From Octopus sinensis (Eukaryota): 64,000 bases of DNA. How positions within the stretch are numbered: position 1 is the first letter of the stretch; each line of letters opens with the position of its first letter. This document shows, piece by piece, positions 51,861-64,000 of this stretch. The notes beneath the pieces were generated by a model. It made no database searches and was not told where the DNA came from. It saw only the letters and a list, made by a program, of their open reading frames with translations. Both the position numbers and the translations under genes were made by a program. The stretch is from NCBI RefSeq assembly GCF_006345805.1, contig NC_043006.1, forward strand, positions 25,792,001 through 25,856,000, written 5' to 3'.

Positions 51861-52622
51861 TACATCTAAATCAAATATCAATTACCAGATAATACTCAAT
51901 CACAAGCGTTATTAATAATATTATGAATGATAATAATGGTAACATTAATGGTATTGACAACGATAATGATGCTAACTTTAATGACACTTTAGAAATTAGT
52001 ATGAAGTAATATAATGTACTATTGACTATGTATGTTTGCATCTAGGTACTAATTTCTGTATGTTTATTATCACAATATTAAGTCGAAAAACTGAGACATT
52101 GAATGTGGAACACACATATATGTTTACTAAATTATATTATTTATTTATATCATTATGTATATGTATATTTTTATATGTATAGGAGTGTGAGTATATGCAC
52201 TCATATGTATATGTATATGTTGTATTATGGGTATGTACCCACACCCATGTGGGTATATATGTAGACTGATTTATATTACATAATCTCCGAAGAGGCCTTA
52301 TGATATTTTTGTAGATGTCTCATTTGACCTACCATAAAAGGCTAATATTGGTAAAATGAGACATTCTTCTATACATGGCCGAAACAGCTGTAAGATGTAA
52401 TCTATACTTATATTTATATTTACTTATATTTATATTCTCTTTTATATATATTCTACTTATTATACAACATTACTCTTTTACGTACACTTTTTTATGTACA
52501 TTCCTTTATGTACACTGATTTGTTCTGCTTTTTATATTTAACCCTACAGTCTCTTATGTGGTGGTTTAATAAAGTACGTGATTGAGTATTATCTGGTAAT
52601 TGATATTTGATTTAGATGTATT
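51861..52622 (+). mobile_element. Non-coding PLE pLTR-like unit bounded by ~55-bp inverted repeats
   Basis: 51861-51915 is the reverse complement of 52566-52622; contains a hammerhead motif. Confidence 0.6.
52276..52400 (+). ncRNA. Type I hammerhead ribozyme motif with extended stem II
   Basis: UUACAUAAUCU-CCGAAGA-GGCC-(79 nt)-GGCC-GAAA-CAGCUG-UA-AGAUGUAA. Confidence 0.78.
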
Positions 52623-52817
52623 TCTCCATTTTCTTATCTTGTATTAGTAATTTGTGGTAAATCATTTTACCTTTGCCCATATAATACAGTAAATGAATTG
52701 ATTGCATCGCAATCATTAACATTTATGTATTAACTTTGTTGGGTACTTCACTAGAAGTATATCGGATATATGTTATCCCATGGAGGGTTGCATTTACAAC
52801 CCCTATCTCAATTTGTA

Positions 52818-52920
<103 letters not shown>

Positions 52921-53090
52921 CATCATCATCATCATTTAACGTCCGCTTTCCATGCTAGCATGGGTTGGACGGTTCAACTGGGGTCTGGGGAGCCCGAAAG
53001 CTGCACCAGTCCAGTCAGATCTGGCAGTGTTTCTACAGCTGGATGCCCTTCCTAACGCCAACCACTCCGAGAGTGTAGTGGGTGATTTTA

Positions 53091-56000
53091 TGTGCCACCG
53101 ACACAGGTGCCAGACGAGGCTGGCAAACGGCCACGCTCGGATGGTGTTTTTTTATGTGCCACCGACACAGGTGCCAGACGAGGCTGGCAGACGGCCACGC
53201 TCGGATGGTGTTTTTATGTGCCACCGACACAGGTGCCAGACGAGGCTGGCAGACGGCCACGCTCGGATGGTGTTTTTATGTGCCACCGACACAGGTGCCA
53301 GACGAGGCTGGCAGACGGCCACGCTCGGATGGTGTTTTTATGTGCCACCGACACAGGTGCCAGATGAGGCTGGCAAACGGCCACGATCGGATGGTGCTTG
53401 TTACGTGCCCACAGCACGGAGGCCAGTCGATGCGGTACTGGCTACGGCCACGTTCGGATGGTTTTCTTATGTGCCACGTGCCACCGGCACTGGTACCACA
53501 AAGATACAAATTCCATTGATGTTCATCTATTTTGATTTGTTTTGATTTGATTTTGATTTTCACTTGCCTCAACAGGTCTTCACAAGTGTCACAAGAAGGA
53601 AGGTATGCACAGGTGGACTGACTACGTCCCAGGTAGGGGCCATGGGTTATGGCCTGACTAGTCTTGCCGGGTCTTCGGATGGTGTTTTTATGTGCCACCG
53701 ACACAGGTGCTAGATGAGGCTGGCGAACGGCCACGATCGGATGGTGTTTGTCATGTGCCCACCGCACTGACTACGGCACTGATGGATTCTTGTGTGCCAC
53801 AGGCACTGGTACCACAAGATACAAATTCCATTGATGTTCATCTATTTTGTCTATTTTGATTTTGATTTTGATTTTGATTTTGATTTTGATTTTGATTTTC
53901 ACTTGCCTCAACCGGTCTTCACAAGTGTCACAAGAAGGGAGGTATGCACAGGTGGACTGACTAGTCTTGCCGGGTCTTCGGAAGGTGTTTTTATGTGCCA
54001 CCGACACAGGTGCCAGATGAGGCTGGCGAACGGCCATGATCGGATGGTGTTTGTTACGTGCCCACAGCACGGAGGCCGGTCGATGCGGAACTGGCTACGG
54101 CCACGTTCGGATGGTTCTCATGTGTGCCACCGGCACTGGTACCACAAAGTGTGTGCCACCGGCACTGGTACCACAAAGATACAGATTCCATTGATGTTCA
54201 TCTATTTTGATTTGTTTTGATTTGATTTTCACTTGCCTCAACAGGTCTTCACAAGTGTGACAAGAAGGAAGGTATGCACAGGTGGACTGACTACGTCCCA
54301 GGTAGGGGCCATGGGTTATGGCCTGACTAGTCTTGCCGGGTCTTCGGATGGTGTTTTTATGTGCCACCGACACAGGTGCTAGATGAGGCTGGCGAACGGC
54401 CACGATCGGATGGTGTTTGTCATGTGCCCACAGAACGGAGGCCAGTCGATGCGGTACTGGCTACGGCCACGTTCGGATGGTTTTCTTATGTGCCACGTGC
54501 CACCGGCACTGGTACCACAAAGATACAAATTCCATTGATGTTCATCTATTTTGATTTGTTTTGATTTGATTTTGATTTTCACTTGCCTCAACAGGTCTTC
54601 ACAAGTGTCACAAGAAGGAAGGTATGCACAGGTGGACTGACTACGTCCCAGGTAGGGGCCATGGGTTATGGCCTGACTAGTCTTGCGGGTCTTCGGATGG
54701 TGTTTTTATGTGCCACCGACACAGGTGCTAGATGAGGCTGGCGAACGGCCACGATCGGATGGTGTTTGTCATGTGCCCACCGCACTGACTACGGCACTGA
54801 TGGATTCTTGTGTGCCACAGGCACTGGTACCACAAGATACAAATTCCATTGATGTTCATCTATTTTGTCTATTTTGATTTTGATTTTGATTTTGATTTTG
54901 ATTTTGATTTTGATTTTCACTTGCCTCAACCGGTCTTCACAAGTGTCACAAGAAGGGAGGTATGCACAGGTGGACTGACTAGTCTTGCCGGGTCTTCGGA
55001 AGGTGTTTTTATGTGCCACCGACACAGGTGCCAGATGAGGCTGGCGAACGGCCATGATCGGATGGTGTTTGTTACGTGCCCACAGCACGGAGGCCGGTCG
55101 ATGCGGAACTGGCTACGGCCACGTTCGGATGGTTCTCATGTGTGCCACCGGCACTGGTACCACAAAGTGTGTGCCACCGGCACTGGTACCACAAAGATAC
55201 AGATTCCATTGATGTTCATCTATTTTGATTTGTTTTGATTTGATTTTCACTTGCCTCAACAGGTCTTCACAAGTGTGACAAGAAGGAAGGTATGCACAGG
55301 TGGACTGACTACGTCCCAGGTAGGGGCCATGGGTTATGGCCTGACTAGTCTTGCCGGGTCTTCGGATGGTGTTTTTATGTGCCACCGACACAGGTGCTAG
55401 ATGAGGCTGGCGAACGGCCACGATCGGATGGTGTTTGTCATGTGCCCACAGAACGGAGGCCAGTCGATGCGGTACTGGCTACGGCCACTTTCGGATGGTT
55501 TTCTCTTGTGTGCCACCGGCACTGGTACCACAAAGATACAGATTCCATTGATGTTCATCTATTTTGATTTGTTTTGATTTGATTTGATTTTGATTTTCAC
55601 TTGCCTCAACAGGCCTTCACAAGTATCACAAGGAGGAAGGTATGCACAGGTGGACTGACTACGTCCCAGGTAGGGGCCATGGTTATGGCCTGACTAGTCT
55701 TGCCGGGTCTTCGGAAGGTGTTTTTATGTGCCACCGACACAGGTGCTAGATGAGGCTGGCGAACGGCCACGACCGGATGGTGTTTGTTATGTGCCCACAG
55801 CACGATGGCCAGTGATGCGGTACTGACTACGGCCACATTCGGATGGATTCTTGTGTGCCACCGGCACTGGTGCCACAAGCGGTACTGACTACGGCCACGT
55901 TCGGATGGATTCTTGTGTGCCACTGGCACTGGTACCACAAGGATACAAATTCCATTGATGTTCATCTATTTTGATTTGTTTTGATTTGGTTTGATTTGAT

Positions 56001-56365
56001 TTTCACTTGCCTCAGCAGGTCTTCACAAGTCGGAAGGTATGTACAGGTGGACTGACTACGTCCCAGGTAGGGCCCACGGGTTATGACCTGACTAGTCTTG
56101 CCGGGTCTTCGGATGGTGTTTTTATGTGCCACCATGTTCCCACAGCACGGAGGCCAGTCGATGCGGTACTGGCTACGGCCACGTTCGGATGGTTTTCTTG
56201 TGTGCCACAGGCACTGGTACCACAAAGATACAAATTCCATTGATGTTCATCTATTTTGATTGATTTTCACTTGCCTCAGCAGGTCTTCACAAGTGTCACA
56301 AGAAGGAAGGTATGCACAGGTGGATCGACTACGTCCCAGGTAGGGGCCACGGGATATGGCCTGAC
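53091..56365. repeat. Complex tandem array: four 62-64-bp units, then nine ~240-400-bp monomers with a 1018-bp higher-order period
   Basis: Monomer starts at 53341, 53691, 53994, 54360, 54709, 55012, 55378, 55727 and 56125. Confidence 0.92.
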
Positions 56366-57603
56366 TAGTCCTGCCGGGTCCTCTCATGCACAGCACACTT
56401 CCATAGGACTCGATCTTCAGTCATTTCCTTGGTGAGACCTAAAGTTCGAAGGTCGTGCTTCACCACCTCGTCCCAGGTTTTCCTGGGTCTACCTCTTCCA
56501 CAAGTTCCCTCAACTGCTAGGGTGTAGCACTTTTGCACACAACTATCTTCAGCCATTCTCGTCACATGACCATACCAGCGCAGCCGTCTCTCTTGCACAC
56601 CACAACTGACACTTCTTAGGTTCAACTTTTCTCTCAAAGTACTTACACTCTGACGATTATGAACACTGACATTACACATCCATCGGAGCATACAGGCTTC
56701 ATTTCTTGCAAGCTTACGCATATCCTCAGCTGTCACGGCCCATGTTTCACTACCATGTAGCATGGCTGTACGTACACACGCATCATATAGTCTGCCTTTT
56801 ACTCTTAGCGAGAGACCTTTTGTCACCAGCAGGGGTAAGAGCTCTCTAAACTTTGCCCAGGCTATTCTTACTCTAGCAGTTACGCTTTCAGCACACCCAC
56901 CCCCGCTACTGACTTGGTCTCCTAGGTAGCGGAAGCTATCAACTACTTCTAGTTTGTCTCCCTGGAACGTGGTAGAAGTTGGACTCTGCACATTTCCAGT
57001 GTTTATTTCTCCTGAGCATCTGCCACAGACAAAAACTATTTTCTTAGTTAGCCTTCCTTTGACATTGCTGCACCTCTTATGTGTCCATAGCTTACACTTG
57101 GTGCACCTTATAGAGTTTCTACCTACACCTTTTTTACAGATCGAGCAGGGCCATCTACCTGAAGTCGTTTGTGGTTGGTCCACCTTCCTACTTATTAGGA
57201 CTTTGGTTTTGGCTAGGTTGATTCTAAGGCCCTTCGATTCTAATCCTTGTTTCCACACCTGAAACTTCTCCTCCAGTTCTGATAGTGACTCAGCAATTAG
57301 AGCAAGGTCATCAGCATATAGGAGCTCCCAGGGGCATCCTGTCTTAAATTCTTCCGTTATTGCCTGGAGGACTATGATAAATAGGAGGGGGCTGAGGACT
57401 GAACCTTGGTGGACCCCAACCTCTACCCGGAATTCTTCACTGTACTCGTTGCCAACCCTCACCTTACTAGCTGCGTCTCTGTACATGGCTCGCACAGCTC
57501 TCACTAACCATTCATCTATCCCTAGTTTCCTCATTGCCCACCAGATAAGGGATCGGGGGACCCTGTCAAAGGCTTTCTCTAAGTCAACAAAAGCCAGGTA
57601 CAA
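56365..57603 (-). CDS. Reverse transcriptase (C-terminal part of RTE LINE ORF) with embedded PHD-type finger
   Basis: FVDLEKAFD, QGSVLSPLLF, LYADD, YLG and RLRWYGHV motifs; 412 codons without a stop, frame open upstream to about 57657. Confidence 0.92.
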   Translation of the reverse strand: MYLAFVDLEKAFDRVPRSLIWWAMRKLGIDEWLVRAVRAMYRDAASKVRVGNEYSEEFRVEVGVHQGSVLSPLLFIIVLQAITEEFKTGCPWELLYADDLALIAESLSELEEKFQVWKQGLESKGLRINLAKTKVLISRKVDQPQTTSGRWPCSICKKGVGRNSIRCTKCKLWTHKRCSNVKGRLTKKIVFVCGRCSGEINTGNVQSPTSTTFQGDKLEVVDSFRYLGDQVSSGGGCAESVTARVRIAWAKFRELLPLLVTKGLSLRVKGRLYDACVRTAMLHGSETWAVTAEDMRKLARNEACMLRWMCNVSVHNRQSVSTLREKLNLRSVSCGVQERRLRWYGHVTRMAEDSCVQKCYTLAVEGTCGRGRPRKTWDEVVKHDLRTLGLTKEMTEDRVLWKCAVHERTRQD

Positions 57604-57656
57604 GGGCTTACCTTTGGCTAGGTATTTCTCCTGCAGCTGTCTTACCAGGAATATAG

Positions 57657-57659
<3 letters not shown>

Positions 57660-57745
<86 letters not shown>

Positions 57746-57776
57746 TATATATATATATTTTATGTATATATATATG

Positions 57777-57814
<38 letters not shown>

Positions 57815-58014
57815 TATTACAAACATGAAAGCACAAAAAAACACAACAACATGAGGACGTGGAACAAATATAGTATTATTGGACGCTCAGAAAAGAAGGA
57901 GGGTTTAACGTTTCGAGCGGAGCTCTTCGTCGGAAACATAGGAGAAGGAAAGATCCAAAGAAGGGAAAACAGAGGAAATGAATAGCCAACGGTACACACG
58001 CGGTCACATTTTGA

Positions 58015-58059
<45 letters not shown>

Positions 58060-58140
58060 GTATATATAAAAATATGTATAAATATATACCAGAGTAAGCA
58101 CATAAATGTGAAACAAGGTGGAAAAAAGAGTACTCAAATA

Positions 58141-58185
<45 letters not shown>

Positions 58186-58230
58186 AATCTATATAAATAT
58201 AGACATACATATATATATATATATATACAC
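57660..58230. repeat. Long interrupted (TA)n arrays
   Basis: Direct inspection; similar arrays at 28653-28712, 47990-48080, 49050-49260, 51147-51220 and 52815-52920. Confidence 0.9.
57903..57937 (-). ncRNA. Minimal type I hammerhead ribozyme motif in a short PLE-derived unit (about 57812-58020)
   Basis: GUUU-CCGACGA-A-GAGC-UCC-GCUC-GAAA-CG-UU-AAAC. Confidence 0.7.
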
Positions 58231-58247
58231 ACATGCATACTTAAATA

Positions 58248-58762
58248 TTACATGGAAAAATGTGAGCATGAAAAGTCATATTCTTAAGATTATAAACATG
58301 GAAAAGTACAGGACAATTTATTACACCTGTAAAAGTATAGGACAAGCTATAACTTCAAGTAAAGAATAAGAAACTTTTTAGTTAAAATATTGCAGCAAAG
58401 AATGCCAGTTCTTCTAATTTATCACTTTTACAGTTCTCATCATTTAAATTTATTGTACAAAATCGTTCAGCTAATTTGTAAGTTTGTCTAATTAGTCACA
58501 TTTTTCTGTATTTAAGGTAGTAAATTAGGCAAATTCTACTTAAAATATGTATAGTGTTATTTGTAAACTATTATAAAATAAGCTTTGATATTCAAATTTT
58601 TATTTTAGCTGCAATATTCTAAGTAAAAAGTTTCTTATTCTTTACTTTACTAGAAGTTATAGCTTGCCCTATACTTTTACAGATCTAATAACTTGTCCTG
58701 TACTTTTCCATGTTTATAATCTTAAGAATATGACTTTCCATGCTTGCATTTTTCCATGTAAT
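58248..58762. mobile_element. Foldback MITE with ~150-bp inverted arms
   Basis: 58248-58397 is the reverse complement of about 58608-58762, with small indels. Confidence 0.8.
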
Positions 58763-60199
58763 TCATGATTTTTCCAGGCATTGCTATTATAAGATAATTA
58801 ATAATGTGTCAATTAATAATTTAAGATTTTACCTTATAAAATACTGAAAGATAATATTTCAATTTTTCCATGTAAGTGATGATAATATTTCAATTTTTTT
58901 CGCGTTTAATTCAAATATATGGTGTGATTGAATTATTTGATATTACCCATCCACACCAAATTAATGGTAGAAATTTTTACCATGATGCTGGTTGCAACAT
59001 GGCTCACCAAAAGTTACAAAGAGCAAGACCCCAAAACCATCAGTTACCAGGCTTACATTAAGTAACCTAATTTTGCAATATTAGGAGGTCACAGGAATTC
59101 ATTCAATGGTAAAAAAAAATTTCCAATGATTCCAGGATTGGAGAAGGAGACTAGGTAAAGGCTCTTTCATTGGTTTAATTGCGTGATAAGATTTTTTTAC
59201 ACATATATGTAATATGTATATATATCATTGGCAGAAGTTAGAAAGTAAGTCAAAAGCTGAGAATTTCGTGTATTGGCACATATCAAACATGAATTTGTCC
59301 ATTGTTACTCTGTAACTTCTAATAGAATAACTAAAATACACAATTTTGTCAAAAACGTTAAGAGTAAACCCTGTTCTATGTGACACATCTACCAGTATTG
59401 GAAGTTTGAAAGTGTTTAGTTAAAAAAAAATTAATGAAATAATCTGTACGTCAAAGTCGACCTCAGCGAAATTTGAACTCAAAAACGTAAAGACAGATGA
59501 AATACCATTAAGCATTTCACCCGGCACACTAATGTTTCTACCAGCTCACCGCCTTAGAAAGTAAACATTCATTTTAGAAATACATTCTTTATTCTTATTG
59601 CTGATGCATTACTTCCTTACTTACTGACATGAAGTTTCATGTTTTACCTCCTAACTCTTTTTCTACTAATTTTTGTTCAATGTGGCTAATTATTCTGAAT
59701 ACCTCATGCATTTTCCTATCATTTAAGCTTAAGAAAAGTATACTTTTAATTTAAAATTTTAAAAATTATGTTAATTGAAGATGAATTTCTGCCTTACTGC
59801 CCTTGATGTCGCAGATATTTTGATGTAACTCTTTTTCTACTGAACCAAACTCAAACTATTTATGCCAAAGTGTAGCTGAGGAAGTGTCCCCTTTAAAACT
59901 ATTAACAGTTCACAATTTAGTTGAGAACTGAATTAGTGGTGAAGCTTGTAAGCTGCTGCAATTGATGAAATGGTGGACTTAAGAATATATTGAATGATAT
60001 ATATATACATAAATACATACACACACACACACATATACATACATATACATATGTATATGTACATACATATATACATATATAATTGTTAAAGAGGACAACA
60101 AATGTTAAGACAAGGCATACATCTCAAGCCCAGAAACAGCTGTAAGACTTTGAATTTTTTTTCCAATAATAATAATGTATATGGCTTGAGATATTTGCC

Positions 60200-62910
60200 T
60201 TGTCTTAAAATTCGAGTTGGATGGCGAACAAAGGTGCATTATCCTGGCCTCTTCAAATGCTTTTACTCCGCTCTGCACCTTTGTTCACCATCCAACTTGA
60301 TCCAAAGCAAGTGTACATATATATTCTGGAACCAAGTAACTTCATAGTAGTCCTTATGCCGTCTTTAAACATTTAAAGGTTTACGCCGATAGCATTTTCC
60401 CTCTGCAAGCTCACCATAAAACAGCTATTTGGTCATGTGTTCATCTGTCATTCAAGTAATATGGCCACACCATCTCAATTATTTCCTCAAAATCATAGCT
60501 TTAATTGAGGTGATGCCTGCAGATGCAAGGACATCTGTGTTTGGAGTAAAAGAACTCCATTTAATTTTTAAAATGCGATGAAGGCATTTTTGGTGGAATT
60601 GTTCTAACAGTTTAAAATGCCTTTCATAACAAGTCCAAGATTCACAGGAATACAACAGAATGGTAAGACAAATGATTTGTAAAGAACCAGCTTTATACTC
60701 TTATTTATATGTTGCTGGCACCAAACGCATGACTCCAAGCCACCAAATGCTTTTGCTGCCCTTTGAATTTGCAGCTGTATTTCTGTATCAAGATTTCCAT
60801 AATTTTGAACAGAGCTTCCAAGGTAGACAAACGAATCAACAACCTTAAGTAACTTTCCCTTAACAAAAATTTTATTGGGTTTACAAACACCACCACACAC
60901 AGGTTGATGCATTACAACTGTTTTTTTCAAGTTGATGGTCAAACGAAAATCATCACAAGCTGGGTCAAATGCAGATACAAGAGATTGCAGACCTGTTTCA
61001 GAATGACTGACATTTCGATTAACAGTATCGAATGCTTTGCTCAAATCAACAAAGTAATGGTATAGAGCAAGATTCTGTTCAATGTACTTTTTTTGTAATT
61101 ATCTGACAGTAAAGATACAATCAGCTGTGGCCTTGGAGGAATGAAAACAACGCTGAGACTCAGACATTATATTTGGAACTATAAAGGTATTTAAATGTTC
61201 CAACAAAATGTGGGCAAGTACCTTTCCAACCACAGACAAAAGCAAAATCCCATGAAAATTGCCACACAGATCATTTGGCCCTGATTTATACAAGGAGACT
61301 AAAATGGCATCAATCCAGTCTTGAGTCACTTTCTCAGTTCTCCAGCAGTGAGAAATTACTATATTTAAGAGTTCAAACATTTTGTCATCCCCATATTTCA
61401 AGACTTCTGCACAGATTCCCTCAGACCCTGGAGACTTATTGTTATTCAGCTTATTCACAGCTAAAGAAATATCATTTAGAGTTGGTTCAAATACCATCTC
61501 TTCTATAACTGGAAAGTGTTCAATTTTTTCTATTGTCCTCATGTCAACGGATGATCGTCTATTCAAAAGTGCAGAAAAATGTTCTACCCAACACTTATGA
61601 AAAGAAGCGGTATCAATCAGAAGAAAATGTCTATTTACTGTTCTCACTGGAGATATTGAGGAAGATTTTGGGCCATATACCTCCTTAACATAAGAGTACA
61701 AACCCTTGGCATCATTTCTATCAGCTGCTTCTTGTGCCCCTTTTGCTCTATCATTCCACCATTCTTGTTTAATTTTCCTTAGAGCAGTCTGTACTTTCCT
61801 TTTCAGCTTTATGTAAGTTTCATTTGAGTTGGGGTTCAAGGACTGAGAAAGAAGTGTATTGCCTAAGTTATGTTTTTCTAAAAGTAAATCATGAATTTCT
61901 GCTGATCTATCTGAGAACCAGGCACTGGATTTATGAGATTTAAATCCCACTGATGAACTTGCAGCCTGAAATACTTTTGTTTTGAAACCTTCCCATAGAT
62001 TGTTTGGGTTAAGATTGATACTTTCTATAGCACTGTGGAATCTTTGTAAGTTGCTTGATAATTTAAAGTTTGCAACATTTAACTTTTTGGATACATTAGG
62101 ACACGACTGTCGATTTTTAGGCATTACCGCAAAATCTGTTTTTCTACGCACTAGATGATGGTCAGTCCAGCTCTCTGCCCCTCTCATGACCCGAATGCTA
62201 GAAACATCTTTCATATCACGTTTCCTGATCAGAATATAATCTATAAGATGCCAGTGCTTAGATCTTGAGTGCTTCCAGGTGGTTTTATATTTATTTTTCT
62301 ACTTAAACAGAGTGTTGGTGACAACCAGATTATTCTCAGTACAAAACATCAAAAGAGCTACTCCATTTTTATTGCATTTTCCAATCCCATGTCGACCTAA
62401 AACAGGCCATGAAGCATAGTCCTTTCCAACACTTGAATTGAAATCTCCCAATATGACCTGCTTGTCAGAAATCAGCACTTTCCTCAATAATCATGCTTGA
62501 TCATCATAAAACTGTCCTACTGTTTCATCAGAATGGGACATTGTTGGTGCATAAATACTGACAACGGTAAGAAACCTACCATTTGTCAGTTTAATACGGC
62601 ATGACATGATCTGTTCAGATATACCACTTGGAAGCTCTGCAATGGAGGATACTAATGTATTCTTGAGAGCAAATCCAACACCATATTCTCTATGCTGACC
62701 TTTAGGTAGGCCTCTCCAAAAGATAGTATATCCATAAGTAAGTTCATTTACTTGACCCTCACCAGAGAGACGAGTTTCAGAGAGTGCAACTATATCAAGG
62801 GAATATTTATTGAGCTCACATGCAATAAGTGCAGTACGCCTTTCTGGCCTCTTGTTGAAATTATCATCAAGAAGTGTGTGCACATTCCAACAACCGAAAT
62901 TCAAAGGATG
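60200..62910 (-). mobile_element. Near full-length degraded RTE/BovB-like LINE (APE endonuclease plus RT)
   Basis: FGCWNVHTL..DIVALSETR, ILGDFNS, WTDHHLV, SPGSEGI and DLSKAFD motifs split over ORFs 62491-62904, 62299-62487, 61099-62214 and 60604-61044. Confidence 0.9.
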
Positions 62911-64000
62911 TTTATTTTTACTTTTTCTTGAAGATTGGTAAGTACAAATAATAGATTAAAAATGTGCAGTGTGCAATATACTGGGTACTTGCCAAAAATA
63001 AAATTTTTATATATATATATATATATAAACTATATGAGATATGTATAGGATACTATATGACAGTAAAACATGTAAACGATGCAGATGATTCACAGTAATT
63101 AGATAGAAATAGGTTGAGTATAGTTTCATTGATTGTGCAATGTACCCTTGTAGGAAAAGTTGAAAAATTAGTAAAAAAAATTGTAAGCATGAAAAGTGAA
63201 CAGACTGGACATGCTGAGTATTAAAGTGCTCTGTGAATGGAGTGAAATATAACTCATAATAGAAGTAGACTTGTGAAGTGGTTACATCAGATATGAGAAT
63301 ACCAGATCTTAACGATGAAATGACATGAAATTGAGATGAATGAAAACTCTTTTCTGTGGGCTCATCAGAAATATTATAACATGGAACACTGATATGAAAA
63401 CAATGTTGAGAGGGTAAAGAGAAGCTTGGTAAATTATGTATATTAGTTTGGTGCACTTATACTGTGATACTGGTCAATAAATAAGTTTTACATAAAATCT
63501 ACCATATATATACTATTAATTTCTGGTATCTGCATTTCTTCATATCTTAGTATTATACAATGTTAAAATTACGGTCATCTCCAGCAAATGAATAGCTTTC
63601 TTATACATGATAAATTCAAACTAGAGAGCAAATAACTGTAATTCATCAATCAATATAAATATAGTATTTGAGAACAGCAATATTGAGAAATGCACAATTT
63701 AATGCTAGTTTGAGATGTTCTAGTTTTGGACTTTAGACAACAGAGGGAATTCTGATATAGATCACTCTCGAATTATCTGGAATCACTCATTCAAGTGCCA
63801 TGCTGTATTTAAAAAAATTTAGAAAACCAAAATCTCGAACAGTTTGGTACTTTCAGAGTAACTATCAAAAACAAAATGAGATGTAAATATATTTTAAGCA
63901 GATTACATTTATGCCATTGTAACAAAACATTGTAAAACCAATTTTTTTTTCTGATGAAAGACAGGTCCCATAAAATAATGAAAGCATACAGTACAATAGT

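Larger units (their letters stand above)
52921..57660 (-). mobile_element. Young RTE-clade LINE copy B, 5'-truncated, with expanded 3' UTR
   Basis: Uninterrupted RT ORF; (GAT)n tail at 52921-52935; (TA)n arrays on both flanks. Confidence 0.93.

Noticed and set aside
53091-53400. 62-bp palindromic repeats as a CRISPR array
   Set aside because: Units are head-to-tail with no unique spacers, lie in a LINE 3' UTR, and there are no cas genes in this eukaryotic DNA
59798-59839. 42-nt candidate upstream exon (EKELHQNICDIKG)
   Set aside because: Phase 1-1 does not join the phase-0 acceptor at 44086 and there is no homology support

Overview
AT-rich, repeat-dense animal genomic DNA. The SINE/LINE content resembles octopus (inference, not verified). 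Manual splice-site tracing recovers 12 phase-compatible minus-strand exons (44086 down to 2151; 4374 nt, 1458 codons) of a long coiled-coil golgin ending in a GRIP domain (EPTEFE-YLKNILYQYMIGKETK-TLAKVIATVVQFSDDQ), i.e. the 3' part of a GOLGA4/golgin-245 orthologue. Its 5' exons and stop-codon exon were not located. The rest is intronic or flanking DNA filled with mariner elements, tRNA-derived SINEs, MITEs, RTE and CR1-like LINEs, several Penelope-like elements (PLEs), a Gypsy remnant and (TA)n microsatellites. Most notable: three type I hammerhead ribozyme motifs with a CCGANGA core; two ~95% identical mariners in inverted orientation bracketing the 48-nt GRIP exon; an RTE LINE with a PHD finger inside its RT and a 3' UTR expanded into a 1018-bp higher-order repeat array; and an in-frame copy of exon sequence just past a donor site. 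No CRISPR array, rRNA or genuine tRNA gene was found.
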